NCBI GenBank assembly: GCA_965227515.1
Contig: CBDDFZ010000001.1
Coordinates: 768,001 to 832,000, forward strand
Direction: 5' to 3'
Length of the DNA: 64,000 nucleotides
Source: Alphaproteobacteria bacterium
GTDB taxonomy: Bacteria > Pseudomonadota > Alphaproteobacteria > CALKHQ01
Position 1 is the first letter of the stretch; each line of letters starts with the position of its first letter. A program made the position numbers and the translations under genes. Below the pieces are notes generated by a model that made no database searches, was not told the DNA's origin, and saw only the letters and a list, made by a program, of their open reading frames with translations. Below, piece by piece: positions 29,365 to 38,689 of this stretch.

Positions 29365-31044
29365 ATGAGCGCCAACCCCATAACAGGCGCCGAGGCGCTG
29401 CTCAGGAGCCTGAAGCAGAACGGCATCGACCTCGTCTTCGCCAATGCCGGCAGCGACTTCGCGCCGATCATCGAGGCGTGCGTGGCCCTCGGCAAGTCCG
29501 ACGAAGTGCCCGAGTTCATCATTGCCACCCATGAGAACGTCTGCCTGTCGATGGCCCATGGCTACTACCTGGCCACCGGGCGCATGCAGGCGGCTATGGT
29601 GCACACCAATGTCGGGCTGGCGAACGCGACCATGGGCGTGCTCAACGCGCGGTCCGACGACATCCCGATCTTCGTGCTCTCCGGCCGCACGCCGCTGACC
29701 GAACACGCCCGGCTGGGCAGCCGCCAGAACCCGATCCAGTACGGCCAGGAGATGTTCGACCAGACCAGCCTTGTGCGCGACAGCGTGAAGTACGACTACG
29801 AGCTGCGCTATGCCGAGAACGCCGCCGACCTGGTGTCGCGCGCGGCCTCGGTGGCGCGGTCGGAGCCGGTGGGGGCGGTCTATATGTCGCTGCCGCGCGA
29901 GCCCTTGTGCGAGACCGTGGACTCCATGCCGGATGGGCCGATCCAGGTTGCGGGCTCCGTGCCCTATCCCGACCCGGCGGCGATCCGGGCGGCGGCCGAT
30001 GCACTGGCGTCGGCGCAAAACCCACTGATCGTCTGTTCGCGCGGCGACCCGGCCGGGGCCGTCGAGGCCGAGCTTATCGCGATTGCCGAGGAGAACGACA
30101 TCGCCGTCGCCGAGGTCTTCTCCACCCGCAACATCATGCCGACCGACCATGATCTATTGATCGGCCCTAACCTGGTGGCCCACCTGCCCGCCGCCGATGC
30201 GGTGCTGGTGATCGACGCCTCGGTGGCGTGGATGGAGGCAAAGGTGCAGCCGGCGGCCGACGCGACGGTCATCCATCTCGGCCCCGACCCGCTGTTCGCG
30301 CGCATGCCGGTGCGCGCCTACCGCACCTCGATTGCGATCCAGTCCAATGTCGCCGCTGGCTTGGCCGCCCTGCGCGCGGCCCTGCCGGGCACCAGGCGCC
30401 CGGAACGCCGGGCCGCGATCCTGGAGAAACACCGTGCGTTCTTGGCGGCGATGGACCGCAAGGCGGCCGATGGGTCGCAAGGCACGCCGACCAAGGCGTT
30501 CGTCGCGCGCGCGGTGTCGGACCGTCTCGGCGACGACGGCGTGGTCTTCGCCGAGCGCGCCGGGCCGGTCGCCACCTTCCGCATGGCAGGCGGAAACCGC
30601 TGGTTCGGCAACACCCAGGCCGGTGGGCTCGGCTGGTGCCTGCCGGCGGCGCTGGGCTACCAGATGGCCAACCGCGACCGGCTGGTGGTGGCGATGATGG
30701 GTGACGGCTCGTATGTGTTCGCCAACCCGACGGCCAGCCACCAGGTCGCCGCCGCCAACGACCTGCCGGTGCTCACCGTCGTGCTGAACAATGGCGGCTG
30801 GGATGCGGTGCGAACCTCGACCCTGGATGTCTACCCCGACGGCGCGGCCGCGAAAGCGAACCGCATGCCGATGGTGCACTTCGAGCCGGTGCCGGACTAT
30901 GCCGCCATCGCCGCGGCCAGCGGCGCCTGGTCACGCAAGGTCGACCAGGCCGGCGATGTCGCCGCCGCGCTCGATGCCGCCATCGAGGTGGTGCGTAGCG
31001 AACGCCGCCAGGCCCTGCTCGACATCACCGTGCTGCCGGATTGA
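29365..31044 (+). CDS. Thiamine pyrophosphate-requiring enzyme (acetolactate synthase/decarboxylase-like)
   Basis: HENV...MAHGY; GDGS...NNGGW TPP-binding motif. Confidence 0.9.
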   Translation: MSANPITGAEALLRSLKQNGIDLVFANAGSDFAPIIEACVALGKSDEVPEFIIATHENVCLSMAHGYYLATGRMQAAMVHTNVGLANATMGVLNARSDDIPIFVLSGRTPLTEHARLGSRQNPIQYGQEMFDQTSLVRDSVKYDYELRYAENAADLVSRAASVARSEPVGAVYMSLPREPLCETVDSMPDGPIQVAGSVPYPDPAAIRAAADALASAQNPLIVCSRGDPAGAVEAELIAIAEENDIAVAEVFSTRNIMPTDHDLLIGPNLVAHLPAADAVLVIDASVAWMEAKVQPAADATVIHLGPDPLFARMPVRAYRTSIAIQSNVAAGLAALRAALPGTRRPERRAAILEKHRAFLAAMDRKAADGSQGTPTKAFVARAVSDRLGDDGVVFAERAGPVATFRMAGGNRWFGNTQAGGLGWCLPAALGYQMANRDRLVVAMMGDGSYVFANPTASHQVAAANDLPVLTVVLNNGGWDAVRTSTLDVYPDGAAAKANRMPMVHFEPVPDYAAIAAASGAWSRKVDQAGDVAAALDAAIEVVRSERRQALLDITVLPD

Positions 31045-31061
31045 CCGGCGCCCGGTCCCCG

Positions 31062-32630
31062 CTACGCCTCCTTCAGGGCCTTTCTCAGGCCGATGAAGAT
31101 GCACACGCACATCGCCAGCAGCACCAGCGCGAACGGGAAGCCGGTGGCGATGGCGGCGGCCTGAAGGGCGGCCAATCCGCCGCCGATCAGCAGCGCCGCG
31201 GCGACGATGCCCTCGAACAGGACCCAGAACACCCGCTGAGCGACCGGCGCGTCGATCTTGCCGCCGGCTGTGATCATGTCGATCACCAGTGAGCCGGAAT
31301 CCGATGAGGTGACGAAGAACACGATCACCAGCACGATGCCGATGAACGAGGTCACCTCCACCCATGGCAGCGCTTCCAGCATCTTGAACAGCGACAGTTC
31401 CGGCGTCCACGCCGACACGGTCTCGGTCACGCCGGTGTAGCCGTCGTTGATGAACTGGCCGATGGCGGTGCCGCCGAACGACGTCATCCACAGCACGCAA
31501 ACCAGCATCGGCACGATCAGGACGGCGATCAGGAACTCGCGCACCGTGCGGCCGCGCGAGACCCGGGCGATGAACATGCCGACGAACGGCGACCAGGAAA
31601 TCCACCACGCCCAGTAGAACGTGGTCCAGCTCTGCATGAAGCCCTCGTCCTCCCGGCCGATCCAGTTGCTGAGCTCTGGCAGATTGACGACGTAGCCGGC
31701 GATGTTGGTGAAGAAGCCGCCCAGCACCTCCAGCGTCGGCCCGACAGCGATGACGAAGATCAGCAGGATCAACGCGAGCAGCATGTTGATCTCGCTCAGG
31801 CGCTTCACGCCGCCATCTAGGCCGCGCAGCACCGAGATCAGCGCAATACCGGTGATGCCGAAGATCAGCAGGATCTTGGCCAGGTCGTCGGCGGGAATGC
31901 CGAACAGATAGTCCAGGCCGGCGGTCGCCTGCTCGGCGCCGATGCCGAGCGAGGTCGCCAGCCCGAACAGGGTCGCGAACACCGCCAGCACATCGATGAT
32001 ATGGCCGGGCCAGCCCCATACGCGCTCGCCCAGGATCGGATGGAACGCGGAACGGATGGTCAGCGGCAGGCCGCGGTTGTAGGAGAAGAACGCCAGTGCC
32101 AGCGCCACCACCGCATAGATCGCCCACGGGTGCAGGCCCCAGTGGAAGATGGTCGCCGCCATGCCGATGGCGCGGGCCGCTTCCTGGTCGGCCGCGTCGA
32201 CACCCAGCGGTGGGTCCAGGAAGTGGTTCACCGGCTCCAGCACGCCGAAGAACATCAGGCCGATGCCCATGCCGGCGGCGAACAGCATGGCGAACCAGCC
32301 GGCATAGGAGTAGTCCGGTTTGGCATCCGCGCCGCCCAGCCTGACCTTGCCCAGCGGGGAGAAGATCAGCACCACGCAAAAGATCACGAATAGGTTGGCC
32401 GCGATCATGAACACCCAGTCGAAGGTGGATGTCAGCCAGGGCCGCAGTTCGGACAGGAAGGTGCCGACGGTCTCCTGAAAAATGATCGTGACCGCCACGA
32501 AGACGATGATGGTGATCCCGGAGATCAGAAAGACAGGATTATGGATATCAAGTCCCAGGAACTGGACGTTGTCCTGACCGACCTCGTAGTCGGTATCCTG
32601 CGGGTCGGGAATATTGGTTTGGTCTGTCAC
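31062..32630 (-). CDS. BCCT betaine/carnitine/choline transporter
   Basis: WFAMLFAAGMGIGL; FHWGLHPWAIY; WTTFYWAWWISWSPFVGMFIARVSRGRT. Confidence 0.95.
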   Translation of the reverse strand: MTDQTNIPDPQDTDYEVGQDNVQFLGLDIHNPVFLISGITIIVFVAVTIIFQETVGTFLSELRPWLTSTFDWVFMIAANLFVIFCVVLIFSPLGKVRLGGADAKPDYSYAGWFAMLFAAGMGIGLMFFGVLEPVNHFLDPPLGVDAADQEAARAIGMAATIFHWGLHPWAIYAVVALALAFFSYNRGLPLTIRSAFHPILGERVWGWPGHIIDVLAVFATLFGLATSLGIGAEQATAGLDYLFGIPADDLAKILLIFGITGIALISVLRGLDGGVKRLSEINMLLALILLIFVIAVGPTLEVLGGFFTNIAGYVVNLPELSNWIGREDEGFMQSWTTFYWAWWISWSPFVGMFIARVSRGRTVREFLIAVLIVPMLVCVLWMTSFGGTAIGQFINDGYTGVTETVSAWTPELSLFKMLEALPWVEVTSFIGIVLVIVFFVTSSDSGSLVIDMITAGGKIDAPVAQRVFWVLFEGIVAAALLIGGGLAALQAAAIATGFPFALVLLAMCVCIFIGLRKALKEA

Positions 32631-32822
32631 GGAACCGGACTCCCATAGCCTGGACGGGCCTGAAGTCCGGGGGACCTTGCCGGCAAGGACGCTAAGGCGG
32701 TTCCTGCCTCACCGCTACTTTGCCGAGATTGGAGCCTCAGGCATCGTGCGCGATTCGTTATGTTTCAATTCAGTTGCAGATGCGAACGCGCCTGTCCAGG
32801 CGCACTGCCGCTTTTTTGGGCA

Positions 32823-34862
32823 TCATGTGGCGGGAATGCCGACCCTGAACGTCGTGCCGGCGCCAGGCGTGCTGTCCACATCCAGGGTCAGGCCGTGGCT
32901 GGAGACGATCTCGTCGACGATGGCGAGCCCCAGCCCGGCGCCCTGGGACTGCGGTCCCTGGGCGCCTTCGCGCCGGTAGGCGGCGACCTGCTCCGGCGTC
33001 ATGCCGGGGCCGGAGTCGGCGATCTCGACCACCACCCGGTCGCCGTCGCGGGTGGCGGAGACCGAAACGCTGCCCTCCTCGGTATATTTCACCGCGTTCG
33101 ACACCAGGTTGTTGACCAGCCGCATCATCGGCAGCGGCGGCACGGCGATGGCGGCGTCCAGCCCCTTGCAGTGGAATTCCAGGCCCTTGGCGTTGGCCTC
33201 CTCGCGGAACATTTGGTCGACCGTGTCGGTGATCAGGGTCAGCGCATAGGGGTCGACGGCGGTGCCGGCATCGTCCCGGGTCGCGGTGTCCGCCCCGACA
33301 CCATCGTCGCCGTCGGTCTCGTCGTCTTCGTCCGGCAGCGTGTCCGATTTCGCATCGGCGATGTAGGCGCCGGTCAGGCCCTCCAGATAGTCGAACGCCT
33401 CGGCCAGCCGCGCCCGCGTTTCCTCGCTGCCCTCGGTGGTCAGCGCGCGCATCGACAGGCGTAGCGAGGCCAGTGGCTGGCGAATGTCGTGGGAGGCGGT
33501 GGCCAGTTGGCGTTGCCGCTGCTGGGCCAGGTCGCGGGCGCGGGCATAGTTCTTCTCGGTCTCGAACAGCTCCCGGTTCAGCGCCGCGTCGCGCTGCGCC
33601 GCCTCCACCTCGCGCTCCAGCGCGGCCTCGTACTCGCGCCGCAACTGCAGCATGTAGCCGGCGAACGTGGTCATGGTGGTGATGCTGATGAACAGGTAGA
33701 GCACGCGCTGGAAATTGCTGAGCAGGAACGCCGGCAGCGCGATGTCGAGCGCGACCGACCCGGCGATGGCCAGCACGGCGATGACCAGGATCGCAGCACC
33801 GATCAGGGCGGGCCAGCCGGGATCGCGCCGCCGGTGCACGGCCGGCAGCATCACGATGACGTGGCTGCCCAGCATCAGGAAGTTCAGCGCGTAGCCGACC
33901 AGCAGCAACGGCTCGGTGATGTCCAGCGGCACCAGGGCGTTCAGCGCCATGCTCAGGATCGCCAGGCCGTAGAGGGCCCGGACAAGCCGCTCGCCGCCCG
34001 GCTGTTCCCGCCGCAACTCTGCGGCGACATAGAAGCCGAAGCCGGCCATGACGAACAATTCCGGCACCGCCGCGATCATGTTCCATTCCGGCCATCCCGG
34101 CCAAAGGAACTGGAACGCGAAACCCTCCGACTGCGCGATCAGCAGCAGCGCCAGCGCGAACAGCGCCGCATAGAGCAGGCCGACCCGCGCGCGCATCGCG
34201 ATGTTGAACAGCACGAAGAACACCAGCGACGCCAGGGCGAACGCGTAGAAGATCGCCGATACGGTTGCGTCGTCGATAAGGATCGAGCGCAGGCTGTCGG
34301 CTGTCTCGATGGTGAATTCCAGGAAGTCCGGGCCGCCGGCCTGGTGCTCGATCATGATCAGCGAGGTCTCGCCGGGCCGCACGCCGAAGGAGTCGCTCTG
34401 CAACAGGCGGCTGGCGATCGGCCGGGTGTCGAACGGCGTGTCCGCGGCGCTGTCCAGCAGCGTGACCGGCGGGTCCCCCTCCGCCACCATGTACATGCGC
34501 AGGACCGGGCGGTAGGGAATGCGGGTGGAGACGTACCACTCGCCGATCTTGACGCCGGTGTTGGTCACTTCCAGCGCCAGCCAGTAATGGGAGTTGTTGT
34601 GGCCGAAATTGAGGTCGGCGCCGTCAACGTCGACGCCGCCGCCCGCCGCCAGCACCTCGAGCGCCTCGTCCAGGGTGAGTTGGCGGTCCTGGTCGGCAAT
34701 GTAGGTCAGCGTGGCGCCGCCGATCTGGGCCGGTTCGCCCGGCGACAGGTCGAGCGCGATCGCTGTCGTCACCGCGGTGGCCAGCGTCAGCATCAGCGCG
34801 GTCAGGGACATGGAGCCACCGAGGGCTCGCCATATCGGCCGGATCAGGCGAGAATGGCTCAT
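32823..34862 (-). CDS. 7TM-DISM-type sensor histidine kinase
   Basis: Periplasmic LNFG...YW domain, about 7 TM helices, H-box SHDIRQPL, NAVKYT, DSGPGM, GLGL. Confidence 0.88.
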   Translation of the reverse strand: MSHSRLIRPIWRALGGSMSLTALMLTLATAVTTAIALDLSPGEPAQIGGATLTYIADQDRQLTLDEALEVLAAGGGVDVDGADLNFGHNNSHYWLALEVTNTGVKIGEWYVSTRIPYRPVLRMYMVAEGDPPVTLLDSAADTPFDTRPIASRLLQSDSFGVRPGETSLIMIEHQAGGPDFLEFTIETADSLRSILIDDATVSAIFYAFALASLVFFVLFNIAMRARVGLLYAALFALALLLIAQSEGFAFQFLWPGWPEWNMIAAVPELFVMAGFGFYVAAELRREQPGGERLVRALYGLAILSMALNALVPLDITEPLLLVGYALNFLMLGSHVIVMLPAVHRRRDPGWPALIGAAILVIAVLAIAGSVALDIALPAFLLSNFQRVLYLFISITTMTTFAGYMLQLRREYEAALEREVEAAQRDAALNRELFETEKNYARARDLAQQRQRQLATASHDIRQPLASLRLSMRALTTEGSEETRARLAEAFDYLEGLTGAYIADAKSDTLPDEDDETDGDDGVGADTATRDDAGTAVDPYALTLITDTVDQMFREEANAKGLEFHCKGLDAAIAVPPLPMMRLVNNLVSNAVKYTEEGSVSVSATRDGDRVVVEIADSGPGMTPEQVAAYRREGAQGPQSQGAGLGLAIVDEIVSSHGLTLDVDSTPGAGTTFRVGIPAT

Positions 34863-34912
34863 CGGTCGGCGCCCGCGCCGCGCCGCGACACAACGAGCCG
34901 CCGGAGCCGCAT

Positions 34913-35575
34913 TTGAGTGCCAGCGATCCCTTCGTTCGACGCGTCGTCATCGCCGACGATCACAAGATCGTCCGTGCCGGCCTGCGCGCCGCGTTGGAGG
35001 CGCCGGGCACAATGGCGGCGGCACCCATCGAGGTGGTCGAGGAAGCGGGCGACGGCCTCGCCGCCATCGCCGCGGTCAAGCGCCACCAGCCGCACCTGCT
35101 GTTGCTGGACGTGTCCATGCCCCACGCCGGCGGGGTGGAGGTGCTGCTGGAAGTGCGGCGCTGGAGTCCGGATACCGCCGTGGTGGTGTTCACCGGCGTC
35201 ACCGCGCCCGGCCTGATCAGCGACCTGATCGACGCCGGTGTCGATGGCCTGTTCTCCAAGGCCTCCGACGACACCGAGCTGTTCGAGAAGCTGCCGCTGA
35301 TCCTGCACGGCGGGCGCCATATCTCGCAGACGTTCGTCGACCGGCTTGAGGCGCGGCCGGCGCGCACCGAACTGACCGACCGGGAGCGCCAGACCCTGAA
35401 CATGATCATCGCCGGCCGGTCCAACAAGGAGATCGCCAGCGGGCTCGGCATCAGCATCAAGACGGTGGACAAGCACCGCACCAGCCTGATGCAGAAGCTG
35501 AACGTCTCGTCGGTCGCGCAACTGATGGCGCTCGCCCTGAAGGAAGGGCTGATCGATCCGGCGCAGGAACTGTGA
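34913..35575 (+). CDS. NarL/LuxR-family response regulator
   Basis: IADDH; LLDVSMP; LTDRE..GRSNKEIA..LGISIKTVDKHR. Confidence 0.95.
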   Translation: MSASDPFVRRVVIADDHKIVRAGLRAALEAPGTMAAAPIEVVEEAGDGLAAIAAVKRHQPHLLLLDVSMPHAGGVEVLLEVRRWSPDTAVVVFTGVTAPGLISDLIDAGVDGLFSKASDDTELFEKLPLILHGGRHISQTFVDRLEARPARTELTDRERQTLNMIIAGRSNKEIASGLGISIKTVDKHRTSLMQKLNVSSVAQLMALALKEGLIDPAQEL

Positions 35576-35686
35576 ACGGGCAATCATCGCGGGAATCCTA
35601 GCACGGCGTGCCGTTTTGGGAGACGGGCTTGGCGGGATGGTTCGCACCACCCCGCCGCGCACCGCCTGCGTTGTGTCGGTTGAAAG

Positions 35687-36040
35687 TCAGCTTCCCAGGT
35701 CCTCGGCCGCCATCATCGGCCCGAAGGGTCCGCCGGACTGGCAGGCCTGGTTGCTGCGCACGTCGAAGATGGTCCGGTCCGAACCTGCGGGGCAGGAGAA
35801 GCAGCGCCCAAGCCCGATATCCCAGAAGCCCTGACCGCCATTGCTGCCGACACGCTGCGTGCACTGGGGCGTGTAGCTGGGCGGCGGGTTGACGCCGATA
35901 CCGCCGCCGCCCCCACCACCGCCGCCACCGTTGCCGGGCGCCACGGTGACGCAGGCCGACAGGCCGCTGGCGGCGGCGAAGACGATGGCCGACAGGATGG
36001 CGCCCCGGCGCTTCGCGGAGGTCTTGGAGATACGGTTCAT
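35687..36040 (-). CDS. Small lipoprotein: Gly linker plus 4-Cys domain
   Basis: Basic leader, lipobox LSAC, poly-Gly, four mature Cys; AGGGAG RBS. Confidence 0.7.
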   Translation of the reverse strand: MNRISKTSAKRRGAILSAIVFAAASGLSACVTVAPGNGGGGGGGGGGIGVNPPPSYTPQCTQRVGSNGGQGFWDIGLGRCFSCPAGSDRTIFDVRSNQACQSGGPFGPMMAAEDLGS

Positions 36041-36201
36041 GGTTGTGCTCCCTTGAATTGGCCGCGCTGAGGCGACCGTGTTGCGATGGGGGAGATGTGA
36101 GGGCGCGGGCGCACTTTCTGTATGGGGTCGATCCCCCATATTGGCCGGCCCCGGCGCGCAGGTCGGGGAGCGGGGACGCGCCGGGGCCTTTAGGCCGGGG
36201 G

Positions 36202-36663
36202 TCAGGACCCGGCCGTCATGAACATGACCGGCTGATAGATCGGCTGCTGCGGGTAGCCGTAGCCGGGGGCACCCACCGGATTGCCATAGCCGGGATTCCC
36301 GTAGCCGGGATTGCCGTAGCCCGGGTTCCCATAGCCCGGATTTCCGTAACCGGGGTTCCCGTAGCCCGGATTGCCATAGCCGGGGCCCGGGTTGATCACT
36401 CCGGGACCGCCGATCCCCGGATTGCCGATCCCCGGATTCCCGATTATCGGATTGCCGATGATCGGGGCGCCGATTGGCGGCTGCAGCCCTGGCGGCACCG
36501 GCTGACCGACGATCGGCGGCGCCAGGCCGGGATTGTTGGCCATCGGCACGCAGGCCGACATGGCACTGCCGACGGCAAGCACGAGGGCGGCGGCGACGCC
36601 CATTTTGCTGCGGTGGGCGCGGGTGCGGCTGGAACGGGACTTGGTGTGCGTATTGCGGGTCAT
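36202..36663 (-). CDS. Small lipoprotein of GNPG(Y/I) pentapeptide repeats
   Basis: Basic leader, MSAC lipobox, repeats with varied codons; AGGAG RBS. Confidence 0.75.
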   Translation of the reverse strand: MTRNTHTKSRSSRTRAHRSKMGVAAALVLAVGSAMSACVPMANNPGLAPPIVGQPVPPGLQPPIGAPIIGNPIIGNPGIGNPGIGGPGVINPGPGYGNPGYGNPGYGNPGYGNPGYGNPGYGNPGYGNPVGAPGYGYPQQPIYQPVMFMTAGS

Positions 36664-36781
36664 CGTTGGCTCCTGATGTTGGCCGCTGCGGCGGCCGTGT
36701 TTCGATGACCCAAACCTATTCACCGCCAGCCACCCGCAGTATGGGGCCGACACCCCATTCTGCCCTGCTGCCAGCGCGCGA

Positions 36782-36810
36782 TTGACGACAGACCGACCAG
36801 TTGGTATGTC
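36782..36810 (+). promoter_or_regulatory. Promoter with putative TetR autoregulatory operator
   Basis: TTGACG-N17-TATGTC; GACAGACCGAC-CA-GTTGGTATGTC, 9/11 inverted repeat. Confidence 0.7.
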
Positions 36811-36829
36811 CTCAATCGAGGAGATAGCG

Positions 36830-37564
36830 ATGTCGACGACGGCCCCGGCCAAAGGCAAGAGCGCGCGGCGGGCGGCACACGCCGCTGCGGACGACGGCGG
36901 CAATGCGCGCACGAAGCTGCTGAACGCCGCGCTCAATGTGATCCGCGCTCAAGGCTACGCCGGCACGACGGTGGACGACCTGTGCAGCGCCGCCGGGGTG
37001 ACCAAGGGGGCGTTCTTCCATCATTTCGACAGCAAGGCGGACTTCGGCGTCGCGGCGGCCGATCACTGGTCGCGGGTAACCGGCGCACTGTTCGCCGCCG
37101 CGCCCTATCACGCCCATGACGACCCGCTGGACCGCGTGCTGGCCTACATCGATCTGCGCAAGGCGCTGCTGACCGGGGCGTTGGAAGAGTTCACTTGCCT
37201 GGTCGGCACCATGGCGCAGGAGACCTTCGCCACCCAGCCCGAAATCGCCGCCGCCTGCGGCGCCTGCATCGGCGGCCATGCCGGCACGATTGCCGAGGAC
37301 ATCCAGGCGGCGATGGACCGGTACGGCATTGCCGGGGACTGGACCGCAGAGAGCCTGGCCCTGCACACCCAGGCCGTGCTGCAGGGCGCCTTCATCCTGG
37401 CCAAGGCCAAGCCCATCATCAATCCCGCCACTAAGCCCACCGGCAAGGACGCGGCCGCCATCGCAGCGGACAGCGTCGACCATCTGCGCCGCTACGTCGA
37501 ACTGCTGTTCGGCCGCGGTACGCGAACCGCCGCGACAGCCACGAAGGGAAAGGACACGCCATGA
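36830..37564 (+). CDS. TetR-family regulator (NemR-like)
   Basis: GY.GTTVDDLC.AAGVTKGAFFHHF.SK; CLVG. Confidence 0.92.
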   Translation: MSTTAPAKGKSARRAAHAAADDGGNARTKLLNAALNVIRAQGYAGTTVDDLCSAAGVTKGAFFHHFDSKADFGVAAADHWSRVTGALFAAAPYHAHDDPLDRVLAYIDLRKALLTGALEEFTCLVGTMAQETFATQPEIAAACGACIGGHAGTIAEDIQAAMDRYGIAGDWTAESLALHTQAVLQGAFILAKAKPIINPATKPTGKDAAAIAADSVDHLRRYVELLFGRGTRTAATATKGKDTP

Positions 37565-38049
37565 AAGACATCTCCCCCTGCCTCTGGTTCGATGGCAACG
37601 CGCGGGAAGCGGCCGAGTTCTATGTCGGCCTGTTCCCCGACAGCCATATCGACCAGGTCATCGCATCGCCTGCCGACACCCCGTCGACCGCCAAGGGCGA
37701 GGAGCTACTGGTCGTCTTCACGCTGCGGGGCCGGCAGTTCATCGGGCTCAACGGTGGGCCTGTCTTCACGTTCAGCGAGGCGGTCTCGTTCAGCATCGAC
37801 TGCGACGACCAGGCCGAGGTCGACCGCTACTGGGATGCGCTGACCGCCGACGGCGGCAGCCCCAGCGTCTGCGGCTGGTGCAAGGACCGGTTCGGGCTGT
37901 CGTGGCAGGTGGTCCCGCGCCGGATGATGGAGCTGATGGCGTCCGACGACCGCGACGCCGCCGAACGCGCCATGCTGGCGATGCTGGCCATGGGCAAGCT
38001 CGACATCGCCGCCCTGGAGGCGGCCGCCGCCGGCGAACGGGCGGCCTGA
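37561..38049 (+). CDS. PhnB/VOC (3-demethylubiquinone-9 3-methyltransferase-like) protein
   Basis: PCLWFDG.A.EAAEFY; LNGGP; CGWCKDRFGLSWQ. Confidence 0.9.
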   Translation: MKDISPCLWFDGNAREAAEFYVGLFPDSHIDQVIASPADTPSTAKGEELLVVFTLRGRQFIGLNGGPVFTFSEAVSFSIDCDDQAEVDRYWDALTADGGSPSVCGWCKDRFGLSWQVVPRRMMELMASDDRDAAERAMLAMLAMGKLDIAALEAAAAGERAA

Positions 38050-38077
38050 GCCGCATCACCACGTGGAGGATACGACC

Positions 38078-38431
38078 ATGACGTATATCGATGGCTTCCT
38101 GGCCGCGGTGCCGACCGGCAAGCGCGCCGAGTACCTGGATTTCTGTGAGAAGGCCGCGCTGGTCTTCAAGGACCACGGCGCACTCAGCGTCGTCGACGGC
38201 TGGGGCGACGACGTGCCCGACGGCGAGGTCACCTCGTTTCCGCTGGCGGTGAAGTGCCAGGATGATGAGACGGTCGCGTTCGGCTGGGTGATCTGGCCGT
38301 CGAGGGAAGCGCGCGACGCCGGCATGGAAAAGGTGATGGCCGATCCGCGCATGGCGCCGGACGCGATGACGATGCCGTTCGACGGCAAGCGGATGGTGTT
38401 CGGCGGCTTCGAGACGATCTACGAGACCTAG
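38078..38431 (+). CDS. DUF1428 family protein
   Basis: YIDGF..AVP; WGDDVPDGEVTSF; MPFDGKRM.FGGF. Confidence 0.9.
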   Translation: MTYIDGFLAAVPTGKRAEYLDFCEKAALVFKDHGALSVVDGWGDDVPDGEVTSFPLAVKCQDDETVAFGWVIWPSREARDAGMEKVMADPRMAPDAMTMPFDGKRMVFGGFETIYET

Positions 38432-38672
38432 ATCGGGATCAGCTTACGCTGAATCTGCACCAGCCCTCACCCCCACCCGGCCACCCACGAAAGTATCCTG
38501 TCTGGGTGGCCGGGTGGGGGTGAGGGCTGGCGCCGACTGAAATGATCATGCTCTAGGCCGTGCGCGGCCAGCGAAACTGGTGTGCCCGTCTGCGCCACCA
38601 CCGTCATGGCCGCAGCGGCGGCGATTTGAGGTACAACGGCCGGTGCGGATTCAGCGTAAGCTGATCCCGATC
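38428..38672. repeat. Composite palindromic/MITE-like element with 31-bp inverted termini and a large internal hairpin
   Basis: 38431-38461 vs 38642-38672 are 30/31 inverted; hairpin about 38460-38530; CTAG at 38428 and 38553. Confidence 0.75.
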
Positions 38673-38689
38673 GAAAAGGGGAGGGCCAT

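Noticed and set aside
36280-36450. CRISPR array or noncoding repeat array
   Set aside because: 15-bp period with third-position variation and no spacers: coding pentapeptide repeats; no cas genes in the window
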